Shown here: positions 52,204-63,720 of the stretch, one piece after another
Layout: each line of letters starts with the position of its first letter
Numbering within the stretch: the first letter of the stretch is position 1
Assembly: GCA_002633005.1 (NCBI GenBank)
Contig: NMRA01000166.1
Span: 715,620 to 779,619 of the forward strand
Direction of reading: 5' to 3'
Length of the DNA stretch: 64,000 nucleotides
From: Phoronis australis
Taxonomy: Eukaryota > Animalia > Phoronida
Translations under genes and position numbers: made by a program
Notes under the pieces: generated by a model
Seen by the model: only the letters and a program-made list of their open reading frames with translations
Database searches by the model: none
Told to the model about the DNA's origin: nothing

Positions 52204-55200
52204 CCGGGAATATCAGTTGACACAGGGAAATTCATTTTCCATTCATTTCTGTGGGTATTAACAACTTTTTTGGATGGAAAAATTAATTTCTCTGTGTCAG
52301 TTGAGAACGTTGATTTGTTGAACCACGTTGCCGGAGTCTGCAGACTAGGCAGAGTTATTTTTTCTTAGATATAAGCACAACCCCAGGAGTCGCTTTCGCA
52401 TTTTATCCAGGTTTTAATTGACACCATTGGGCATATTCACCAGTAAGACACAGCTAGCTCAGAGGAGTAAGAGACACCTTTGTGCAATACTTGCTCGATG
52501 ATTGGCAGCCAGTAAAGCCAGGGGTTCGACTAGACTCGTCCCCGGCCCGGCCCAAACAGGAGTCCCGGCGACCTCAAACCACTGAGCCACACAGTTCATT
52601 ACTCTGATTGTCTGCTAATGAGTTGTTACAAACATGAACAAATTATTGCATTTGTGTCCATTTAGTAACCATTTAAAGTGTGTGCAAAAGTTGACTGTTC
52701 TTAATACAATGATTTCATATTGCTCGGATCATGAATGCCAACCCGGCGTGAACCGTGATTCTTGAATCTAACGACTCAAGCATGGACAACATCTTGGGCA
52801 CGGGTCAGAGGGTTGCAGCGACTTTGCTCACTGACTTCGTGAAGACTGACAAGTGCAGGGCCGCCTGCTTGCTACATCTAATTTCGACCCGCCGCCGTGT
52901 GCGTTGCTCCGTGGGTGACCGGAGCCGGGTTCAGGCGCCGCGGCAGCGGCCCTAAACTTTTCAGTCGTGCCGTAAAATGATGCGACCTTGACATGGATTT
53001 GATGAATGTATCGTGATGATAATTCATCAATTTGAATATTCCCACTCCATATTTTTAAAATGCAATAACATTCTCATTTTCCGTGTTCGTAAGACATGAA
53101 GACAATGGTCGCATGCGATACATCCAAACAAAGTGTTTTAGTACCCGGGCATTATTTTCGGTATAGGTACACCGTTCAGTGTACGTATCATTCATTTTTG
53201 CATGTAAAAATGTAAAATTTGAGTTGAAAAGTTAGAGTGAACCATCGAAGTAGTGGACCTTCGGAATCATGGCGAACCGAAGGGTGAGTAATGAGCTGTT
53301 TCGGCCATTTTTAACGACGTAAGCAACTTAAGTAAAACGCAAAAATATAACTACATATAGATAAAAGATTTCGTCAAGTTATTCTCCGACTAAAAATTTC
53401 TGTCCGAGTAGGTGTAATCACTCATTTAAGCACGCCTGATTTGAAAATTTGCGGGCAGGAAGGGAGTAACGCGAGAACGTTTTGGACCACATTACATCCG
53501 CAGAGCAACTGTCACTGCATCCTCATCTCTGGTATTACTAATTCCGTCTCGTCTCAAAAACATAGAGCCGAGTCATCGTTGTGCATACAAATTTCCTTCC
53601 CCCTGATTAAGCTGCGTCAACGAAAGGCCTTAATGAAAACTCCGCAGTGTCGACGTTTGCAAAATATCAAAGGTTCACCGTTCAAGAAATTCGAACCACC
53701 CCTGCGCAATGCTGGCTACGGGGCCTGAGTATAAGAGCATGGGCACACATGGCGAAATGTTTCTTCGCATGAACTTAATAGTTCTACTCAAATGATTCAT
53801 GTGGCACTATGCCAGTTTCCTTGTACGTGGTCTGCCATATGCGAAATAACGACTTTTCACAACATTCTTTACTTTAAATGACTCGCATATGGACACATGC
53901 GCCTAACCTCAGCAATGGGGGATTCTTTGAAGTATATTTTCTATTGAGCTTGCTTTTGCGGGAGAATGTTTTATGAAGAATTGGATCTTTAAAAAAAAAT
54001 ATTGGAGTGGAATTTGACTGGATATCAAATCTGATTGATAGCTATAGCTCTTGTTACAAGGGCACTACTTTGCATGAACTCACTGTCACTTTCATACTTG
54101 TCGCGAATACCGATGACAGCTCAAATTCATCCGTGATGACTTCAGCAAATGTCAGAACAGATTCGATTTGAGCCACGAGTTAAGGGAAAACGGCGAATTA
54201 AAAAAGACCACTCAGCTGCGAACATTTACCCGTAAATCAATGAGCGTGTACTAAGTAATCAGAATCACAAAACGTAAGGAATTGTGTAAACTGACCAGTT
54301 ATGCGATGACTCAGGCTCACGATTGCATGACAGCCTACATACCAGTGAGCAAAGACTAGCTTTATGCAGGAATTGGCCTGACAGACATCTCAAGCTATTG
54401 AATTCTTTATCTTAACTGTTGTGTTTCCAACTATAAACACTATGTAATTATAAAAAATAATAGCAGGCGGTAGTGACATGAGCAGGTCGTGCATGTGGGC
54501 CCATTGCACTGACCACCTAGAACTATTTCTGTGCTTTATTAATATATGGTTAAAACGGAGCTGAAGAGCTAGAAACTTGACTAAAGGGCCAAGCAGTGTG
54601 GCCCAGCGAGATTCAACCCACCACCTTGAGTACAGAAAGCAGTTACTACGTAATCAAGTACTTTATTCCTTTCCCGCCTCTCGAGGGATATGACAGATAT
54701 TAACAACACAATCAGCATATATCATATTCATAACCTATCATACTACATATCTACACTAATGAGCTTTTTGACATCAACAAGAAATCGACTGAACCTAAGT
54801 AAACAACAATAAAAGTATAGAAATACGAGTCTATATACAGGGGTAACGTGACACCTATAAGTACAGCTTATTATAATATACCGGCATTATGAATACCTGA
54901 CAAATGAACGACAACCAAAATGGAATGATAAGTCAAGCCTTCCAGAAGTGGTTAAAAGTTGTACTATAATTTTTGCTAGTCTCTTGACTAAATAATAAAA
55001 AAGTTTAAATAATTTGTACTGTTGAAACTAATAAATTGATACTAAACAGAACTTTAAGACCATGTCTTTCTATATCAGATTCATTGGAATTCCAAAAGTA
55101 GCCCAGCCAAATTTTTCAAAAATATCTACAACAGCAACACAGGCCATTGAAATGCACCCACGACTGCAACACAAATTTTCTACAGGTGTTTATCGGTGTC

Positions 55201-56391
55201 CAGTAATGGCCACTTGAGTGGAGCAGAATATGTTGAAAATCACAGTCAGTCGTGCTGTTGTCAGTGGGGAAACATTTCTAGTTTTTGACTCTTCAATTGA
55301 GCAGCTTGACAAATACTGACTTCCACCAGTGGCACAAAAATGTCAAATTTGACCAACATGTGGCACACAATACAACTAATCCATTCCAAAATAAAGACAT
55401 GTTGTCATGCCTTCAAGAGAAACCTACTGTCTAGATGTCTTGGAGTCTGTCAGGGGACTCTTAATATACTGAGGTAAGATTAAAAAGACAAAAAATGTTA
55501 GTAGAGGTCACATTCAATGTGAGATCAAACCGAATGTCATCAAGATTTGTTGTTAAATTCATAAAAAAGCATTTGCCAAATTTCACAAAAAATTATACAA
55601 GAGGATCATAAGAAGATACAATTTCATTTGCAAATCAAATTGTAGGTAAGAGGCACCACAGTCATTGGACCTATCCAAAAGCCAACGTCAGCCATGGTTT
55701 GCTCTAACAGAAGGAGTATGTCTGTCAATTAAAATCCTTGGCACTGGTTTGGCAGATAGAGAGACAGATTCCAAAAAGTCCCGACTTTTAAATAACAAAA
55801 ATTCCACTAAGTGGTGCAGAATTCACCGAATCCATCCAAAAATTGGAATAAGTTGTCATATCTCCTACTTACCTGCTGAATTTAATGAAAATCTGTTAAC
55901 AAAATCTGAAGATACCACGGTAAACATACAAAAAATAATAAATGTCACTAAGGGTCACAGTCGTATTCGGATCCTTCTGAGAGTCGTCATCATCGTTAGT
56001 CGTCATCTTGATAGCATGACACATTCTAAACTTTATGAAAATCCAACCTGAGGTTAAGGGAGCACATCTTTGGCCCTAACAATACAATATTGCAACACAA
56101 CTGTGCCCAAATAGTTGGATTCTTCTCAACAGTTGCCAATATTCCTCATGATCCTTCAAGGCAAACAACAAAAATGAACACAGAAATAGTAAAATGGCTA
56201 TTGGAAATAAAGTTGCCTTCCTTGGCCATATTCCAAAAAAATTTGAAATTCTGTTGTAGAGACAGTTGTTGTCTTCAGCCAATGTTCTCTGAATGTCACA
56301 TAGCCACCAGTGATGTACGGAGTGTATCTGAAACGTGTGTAAAGGAAATACATAAACATTAGGCAACACAAGTACATCATTCAGACAAAAC

Positions 56392-58199
56392 ACAAGAGCA
56401 ATGCAGAGTGTTGAAATGCGCCCACGAATGCACCGCTAACGGTGTGCTTCTAGGGGTGTTTATTTGGAATATAAAAATAATGGCCACTAGAGTGGCGCAA
56501 AATACGTCGGATCCATCCGAAAACTTGTATGTGTCATCAAAGCTAATTACAAAATTTCATAAAAATCCGTCAAGGAACTTCTGAGAAACAGGAAAACGAA
56601 AAACTAAAATTGCTGCTAAGAGGCTATAGGCGCAAAAAAACATAACTGCCACTAAGAGGTGCCACAGTAGATAAAGTCGTGGGAAAATCATGGTCAGACT
56701 TTCACATTAGGAACAGACATGTCAATTTCCACAACCATCCTTAAGAGTGGTTTGGTTAAAAGAGGGGCAGAAGCCAAATAACAAGACTTGAAAACAGTAA
56801 AAATGGCCACTAGGTGGCACAAAATATCATGAATCAAACAGAAATCCGAAGGATAGGGCCAGCTCACAAATAGATACCTATCAACCAAATTTTATGAAAA
56901 TCCGTTGAGGACCTTTGAAGATAGTGATAAAATTAAAAAACTAAAATTGCCACTAGGGGGCACACTGGTAGTCGGATCCATATCCGAAAGTCGTCATCAT
57001 TTGTTGTGAAGCTCATATAAATACACTTGCTAACTTTAATGAAGATCCTGCATACATGCCAATTTCCACAATCATCCTTAGAGTGGTTTGGTTGACAGAG
57101 GGGCAGATGCCAAAAAACTCGAAACAGTAAAAATGGCCACAAGGTGGCGCAAAATGCCTCGAATTTAACCAAATCCGAATGATAACATCACCTCCTGTAG
57201 AGCATTTAGAAGATACAGACATGGGCGCAAAAACAAACAAAACTGCCACAAGGAGGCGCCATAGTAGTCGAAGTCATCGGAAAATCATCACCAGCCGCCC
57301 TCTTTACAGTAAGAACATATATGCCAATTTTCAAAATCATCCCTAGAGTGGTTTGGTTAATAGAACAGCAGACGCCGAAAACCAACTCGAAAACAGTAAA
57401 AATGGCCATTAAGTGGCACAAAGTACCTCGAATCTGTCCGAAAATGAGAGGATGGCATCACCTCACTAATAGATGCTTAACTACCAAATTTTATGAAAAT
57501 CCGTTGAAGATCTCCAAAGATACAGAGGTAAGCATAAAACATTAATTAAAATTGCCACTAGTGGACACATCGGTAGTCGGAGAGTCCAAAATTTGTCATC
57601 ATTCGTCGTCAGCTTCATAGGAGAAATTCTGCCAAATCTCATCAAGTTCCTGTAAGAGGTTTAGGAGATACAGCCATGGGCGCAAAAACAAACATAACTG
57701 CCACTAGGAGGTGCCACAGTAGTCAAAGTCATCAGAAAATCATCGTCAGCCGCCCTCTTTACAGTAAGAACATATCTGCCAATTTTCGAAATCATCCCTA
57801 CAGCGGTTTGGTTGATAGAAGAACAGACGCCAAAAAACAGACTTGAAAACAGTAAAAATGGCCACTAGGGGGCGCAAAGTACCTCGATTCCGACTGAAAA
57901 TGGGAGGATGACATCATCTCACTAAAAGATGCCAAGCTGTCATATTTTACGAAAATCCATTGAGGACTTCCAAAGACACAGGGGTAAGCATAAAAAACTA
58001 AAATTGCCACTAGGGGGCACACAGGTAGTCGAAGAGGTCCGAAATTCATTGTCATCTGTCATCAGCTTCATAGAAACACATCTCCCAAATTTCGTTAAGA
58101 TCCTCTGAGGGGTTCAGGAGATACAGCTGTGGACATCGGACGCCCGGACAGAGATGACAGCAATATGCGACCACATGTAAATAAGGGGGCGCATAAAAA
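56392..58199 (+). mobile_element. HINE family B, near full-length, with internal tandem array
   Basis: ACAAGAG 5' end, subterminal ATGCGCCC / GGGCGCAT, repeated AAAACAGTAAAAATGGCCACTAGG units, CGGAC-type repeat near 3' end. Fragments also at about 13380-13760, 14760-15760, 23735-23790, 38400-38756 and 55140-56070. Confidence 0.75.
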
Positions 58200-58402
58200 C
58201 ATATCCCATCTATGTATTGAAATGCACTTCGAGACTTTAACTGAGATTCATTGTAGCCTACAGTGCTTAATTGTCCCTCTTACCCATAAGAGATATAAAA
58301 ATCAATTAATGATGGTACATTTTCTAAAACATAGTTACTGTACTCTTGTTCAGAATAAACAATACAGTTGCTTTATACAGGCTTCCCAATGTTGACCTGT
58401 GC

Positions 58403-58516
58403 TTAAGTGGACGTCTCCGAAGATGCTCTTCCAGACCCTGCGTGTCGTAAGTCTATGTACTTTTGTGCAGCACTCAGTAAGCCCGTCAATGTCTTCACTG
58501 TATCGGCTTGGAAGTC
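58403..58516 (-). CDS. NRF1-like gene last coding exon
   Basis: DFQADTVKTLTGLLSAAQKYIDLRHAGSGRASSETST*; CTACTTCAG acceptor. Confidence 0.6.
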   Translation of the reverse strand, partial: DFQADTVKTLTGLLSAAQKYIDLRHAGSGRASSETST

Positions 58517-61500
58517 CTGAAGTAGAATGTCATCAGTGTACATGCATGCGTAAAAAAATGCAATTTGAAACACGCTCCATTCGTTTGTATGAAAGGTGGT
58601 TAAAAATACGTATATTCAGAACACTTTCCCCTATAACATTGGCAACAACTTTTTCCGTGGTTTCATGATTTACAAAAAACTTACAGTTAGTTCTTCAATG
58701 CACTGATGGTCCATTTTCACTTAAGAAACAGTTAAAAGAAAAACTTTATATCGGCAAGTGATCTAAATCAAAATCATATGATATTTGTGACAGGTTAATT
58801 GACACATTCGGCCATAATGTTCAATACACCTTAAACAATAGAACATAAATTAAACAGTAACTGTTGCTTTTAAGATCAATCTGAAAACCACAAGATGATC
58901 AAAACAAAGTTTTTCTTTCTTGAATTTTTGAGCCAATTCTACATTCTGCATCACTGCATCTATTCATAATTTCACAAGTTAGTAATCAGTGGATAAATTT
59001 ATCTTTACTTCAAAGCATTAAAAAATTCCATATAATCTATGAATACGGACTATTTGTTTCAATAAATAAGACGTTGCTTTATTTGAAATCCATGAAAAAA
59101 CCAACTGTCATTCTGCATGCCTTACATTGGCAAGAGCTCTTCTTATTTCTTCAAAGATACAATTTAGGCTCACGTTCATCGTTGACGCTTTGTTATTCTG
59201 GTCACTATCAAAATAACAAAAACACTCATCACACAACATTCAATTTCTATGTGCAGTATCAGAACATAAATTATTCAAATGATATGCTTTCGCTTTGAAT
59301 CACTCTAAATCCAACATGCGTTATTATGAGCTGTCTAAACTTTTGACATTTATAGTAAAATTTCCTCCTGTGCACAAGGAAAGACAGTATTCAGAGTACA
59401 CCCTTGTTTTTCCCTTAATTTTACTATAAACAAAACATGTTCATGTGACCCAAGATATAGATAAACATCACGCTATCAACTGTAAAATGTACGTTTTTAC
59501 TAAGTAAAGATCTATGATTTTTGAAGGTAATTGGCTAAATACACATACAGGACAATATAGCCTTACATAGCCTTAAACACAAGATATACCTGTCACTCGC
59601 ATTAGCTATTGGGCCATCCTTATCATTCATGTCATCCTGATCACTCATGTCATGTTGGTCACTCATATCACCTTGGTCACTCATATCACCTTGGTCACTC
59701 ATGTCGTGTTGGTCACTCATGTCACCATGGTCACTCATGTCACTATGGTCACTCATGTCACCATGGTCACTCATATGAGATTGTTCATTCCTTTGACCTT
59801 GGACACTTGCGACAGCCTGGTCAATCAAGTCAGCTTGTACACTCGGGCAAGCTTGGTCATTCACACCTAACTCTGCACTATCACTGCCTGGAAGGTAACA
59901 TAGATACTAAAATATACAATATGTGACTATATTATCAATGAAAGTAAGCAGATCACAGACATTTATCATGTTGTGAATTCTCATGGCAACGTTATATGTG
60001 TCCACAGAGTGCCACTTAAAAGGGTGACATATTTTGAATACCAGTCATTCAATCGATGGTCTAGAGAAGGGTTTTATTACATTTTCAAACCAGAACTAAG
60101 ATAGAAAGTTTTAAAGTATGCACAAATCAGAGTGACTTGTCAGCTTTTCCAATGCTAATATGTGCTGGCATGGGTTGCTTTACAAAGTACAGGACATGAG
60201 AAAAATTTGTCCTCCGACTTTACCTTGAACATAACTTAATAACCATGTTTTTTAATCACAGTAATATACTACTGTGGCCTGAAAACCCTTGCAGGTTCAA
60301 TTTATGCGATGATCACTTTGCCTCCATTGGTGTATATGGAAAGGTATATGAACTAACTTAAAGGTAATACTATTACCGTTCTTGTTGAAAAACGAATCTG
60401 CAATTGCAACTAACTCTGTTCTTGTCAGTTTGGGACCTGCAAAATTATAATAAAAGTATTCAGTGGCTACAAAATACCATGTGGACAAAAAATGTTTACA
60501 TTTCTAAAATAGGTTTGGTTTCTACCATTGTAGCATCTCCGATGAACATTGCTGAAGTATTTATCTCTTAAAGTATGAATACATTTTAACCTTAACAAAA
60601 TTTGGTTACAAAATTCAAGTTTAGTGACCAGGAGATAATCTTTTTAGCAAAGGATATGCTTATACCGTAATCGTTCGGGTTAACGCCCTGGGCGGTTAAA
60701 TTGGCAAACCCAAAAAATCGGGGGTGGGCGGTTAACCAGACATGGGCGCTTAAACGTGAAATTTCAAGAAATCTAGGGTGGGCGGTTAANTGAAAAACGA
60801 ATCTGCAATTGCAACTAACTCTGTTCTTGTCAGTTTGGGACCTGCAAAATTATAATAAAAGTATTCGGTGGCTACAAAATACCATGTGGACAAAAAATGT
60901 TTACATTTCTAAAATAGGTTTGGTTTCTACCATTGTAGCATCTCCGATGAACATTGCTGAAGTATTTATCTCTTAGAGTATGAATACATTTTAACCTTAA
61001 CAAAATTTGGTTACAAAATTCAAGTTTAGTGACCAGGAGATAATCTTTTTAGCAAAGGATATGCTTATAGTTAGGATACACTTCCATGCTTTATGTCACC
61101 CTTATAGCTACCCTATGTTCTAACGCCTGATATTTATGCTTACCATTGCAGCTACTGTTGGGAGACTTGAACTCTACATTAACAGGCCACCACTCGGGCT
61201 TGTTCTGAGAATGCCAGAAGTACCGTGAACCTAAAAATGTCATCCCGAATTTTTAGATTATGTTTATGGTACAACCATTATCAAATTCTCATCCTAAAAG
61301 TTAGAATCTCAGTGATATTCTAATGAAACTATTATTAAAATCACTTGGTCTATTTACACCGAGCTCTTGTCTACTTACACCGTCACGTTTTCGTCGGTCT
61401 ATTCTCCGGCCATCATCAGGTGCTCCTATACGTTCTTAGAAGAATGGGCATGGTGTGATTTTTTGTCCAAGGTAGGATTTAAATCCATGACATCTGACGA

Positions 61501-62818
61501 TAGCCGGAGAATAGACTGACCGAAACGTCGTGATAGTGTAAATAGACAAGAGTTTGGTGTAAATAGACCAAGAGATTTATTATAATAGTTGTAACACGCC
61601 ACCACCTCAGAGCAGTTTTAGAAAGTCATTCCAATGAGAATCTAATCATAAAGATTCCATTAAAATTCTGTAAAAAAGAGATACAGTTTGCGCATTTATG
61701 TATGCCCTTAAAGACCCAATCAAGTGCACCATTTTGATGTCAGATTCAAAAGCATATTGAACATCCATGTGGTGTATTATATTGTCTCAGAAATATGAAG
61801 TAGACATCTAAATGCCACTCCACTAAATTGTGGTCCAGGAAAACCATTCTTTTCTCCACACAGACCATTCAACAATTACATGGTTCATACAAAAGGGCAC
61901 CCTGTCAAGTCTTCACCTGCAAGCATTTAGGCCTACATGTCTGCATTTTTAGCTGGTGGACCCATCTATCTCTTACATATGTTTGGGCGCATCTTGACAT
62001 CACCTCTGTCGGGAATCCACTGCCATAACAAATCCCAGGACCTTCATGAAATTTGGGTATGTGTGTCACTATGAAGCCCTGATGACATAATGTCTATTAG
62101 ATGAACTAGCTACCTGTGAGTCGCCCCAGGGGGTGGGGGTTCTTCAATGGTACTTTACGTTTAACTTAGTATCTAATGAATTGCTTGATGGGTTTTCACG
62201 AAATGTGACAAATACGTTTCTGTTATGGATGCGACTGGGCCTGGGCCAATTAAAACTGAAAAAGAATTTTTGTAGAATTTACCATTATACTTGCATTTTT
62301 AAAATCTATAGAAAACAGCAAGAGTAGACAACATACCGGAGGGGTTGGTAAGTGTTGGGATGAATGTCCTAAGCTTCCTCCGAGAGTAGGAGCGATAATC
62401 ACTTCGAGCTGCTAAAATCAGTGCAGAGAAATGTGTAGCTCAACATAGCTGCATCAAAATTTTATTCATCACAAAGCTTGTCCCAAGCAAATGAAAACTT
62501 ATATCATAAACTGAAACAATGACCGTAAACTATATAGCCCTCTGTGTAAGATGATTAGACTCTTTCTCTGACAAAAACAAAAATTATAGTTGTACTTATG
62601 CTAACACTATGATATAAAATGATTTTGTGACAATGGCTGCAAAAAGGGATTAGAAATGCTAATGTCCACTTGTTCGCCTAAAACCAAAAATATTTTCCGT
62701 ATCTGCCATATCAATACATTGCTAAAATTCATCCATAACGAGGAAACACCTTCAGTATTGTACAACTACATGAGTATAGATAACGTACCTAATACACTTG
62801 GACACCTCTTCTCCTCAC
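58403..62818 (-). CDS. Uncharacterised protein with divergent NRF1/Ewg-like DNA-binding domain and Met/His/Asp repeat; 5'-incomplete, exons 62789-62818, 62337-62411, 61144-61230, 60377-60436, 59590-59887, 59126-59204, 58403-58516
   Basis: All exons have AG/GT ends and compatible phases (1,1,1,1,2,0). The spliced product includes YSRRKLRTFIPTLTNPSGSRYFWHSQNKPEWWPVNVEFKSPNSSCNGPKLTRTELVAIADSFF, resembling NRF1 LRAFIP...KPIWWP. Confidence 0.72.
59126..59204 (-). CDS. NRF1-like gene exon
   Basis: DQNNKASTMNVSLNCIFEEIRRALAN, phase 2 to 0, GTAAG donor. Confidence 0.62.
59590..59887 (-). CDS. NRF1-like gene exon with MSD(H/Q)xD repeats
   Basis: Open frame with 18-nt coding repeats; CTTCCAG acceptor, AG|GTATAT donor. 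Confidence 0.75.
60377..60436 (-). CDS. NRF1-like gene exon (PKLTRTELVAIADSFF)
   Basis: TTTTGCAG acceptor, G|GTAATA donor. Confidence 0.72.
60665..60789. mobile_element. Left end of Tc1/mariner-type MITE inserted at TA
   Basis: TA|CCGTAATCG...; the empty site is visible in the duplicate at 61061-61075. Confidence 0.6.
61144..61230 (-). CDS. NRF1-like gene exon (KPEWWP)
   Basis: TTTTTAG acceptor, G|GTAAG donor, SRYFWHSQNKPEWWPVNVEFKSPNSSCN. Confidence 0.8.
61327..61626. mobile_element. Palindromic hammerhead-containing Penelope-type retroelement (copy 2)
   Basis: Same family as 15816-16283; HHR cores in both arms; TSD ATTCTAATGA/ATTCCAATGA. Confidence 0.75.
61491..61532 (+). ncRNA. Minimal hammerhead ribozyme motif
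   Basis: CAU-CUGACGA-UAGCCGGAGAAUAGACUGACC-GAAAC-GUC-GUG; stem II degenerate. Confidence 0.5.
62337..62411 (-). CDS. NRF1-like gene exon (RRKLRTFIP)
   Basis: TTTTAG acceptor, G|GTATGT donor, phase 1/1. Confidence 0.72.
62789..62818 (-). CDS. NRF1-like gene micro-exon (30 nt)
   Basis: Acceptor TTTATTTTCTAG, EEKRCPSVL, donor AG|GTACGT. Confidence 0.55.
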   Translation of the reverse strand: MRRRGVQVY

Positions 62819-63329
62819 CTAGAAAATAAAGAAAATCAATTTTGCATGTAGTTTGCAACTCAATTTCTGCCTAAGAGTAACAGAAACACAATGAATCTTC
62901 ACCAAATTGTTGAAGCTGTATTTCTCCCTGTTGAGAAAAACGAAAATTGTATTAGATGCCTTTCAGACTTGATCTCAATTAGGTATCATGAAAAAGCAGT
63001 CCAATGTAAGACCAAAAATCACTTCTATTCTGGATCAGCAACAACTCCAGGTCATTTTTTGTAGTAGTAAGAAAGATCAAAAGTTACTTTTTCCACTGAA
63101 CGTGGTTTTACTGAAGCTTAAAAATAAATGACACTGTTTTGAATGGTATTTTCTAATTTCAAATTTGTGAAAGCACAAAAAGGAAATAATTTTAACGTTA
63201 CTGGTACTTCATTTATGGAAAATATCCAAGCAACATCAACATGAAATGAGGGCAATGTGAGAGTACAAGTGCAGCTCAGGTACCAAACTGTTTAAAACTC
63301 AATGGATTGACAGAGACAAATATACTTAA

Positions 63330-63720
63330 AGTCCTTCTCTCATGCGTTGTTAACCCTTATTACATGGTTAGAGGATGTTATAAGGATCTAAGAAGTACCT
63401 ACCCCATAACTAATACACGATCTGTACTCGAAAAAAGTTTAAATCAACGCGCCACTCACGATTCGCACCTGAAGAACCACCGCCATTTTGAACTTGCCGC
63501 GAACCCGGAAGTACAATTAATTCAGGAACCCAGGCCGAGAAAACGCCGTCAGTGCGACTGGAGCAGTGCCTGTACTGTTACCAGCCAGCAAACGGGGATA
63601 AAATAATCGACAGCGCGCCTTGATTTTAATAAAATCAAACTACGGACATTTTTATCGAATTTGCTGAAGGAATGTGGCAAATAAATTTTGACAGAAATTA
63701 TTTTGCCAGACTCAAGACCG
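63330..63720. mobile_element. Kolobok-like element, second copy of the 28703 family (right end not identified)
   Basis: TTAA|AGTCC start; extended similarity to 28703-29090. Confidence 0.55.

Noticed and set aside
52755-52955. GC-rich ORF, possible divergent gene from the ZMPSTE24 promoter
   Set aside because: No motif, splice chain or homology recognised
56076-56393. Possible further exon of the NRF1-like gene
   Set aside because: The preferred model already stops at 58403; at most a 3'UTR exon, with no support
59609-59926. Plus-strand His-rich ORFs (HSCHHG / VTHVTM repeats)
   Set aside because: Antisense frames of the 18-bp repeat; only the minus frame has splice sites in phase with neighbouring exons
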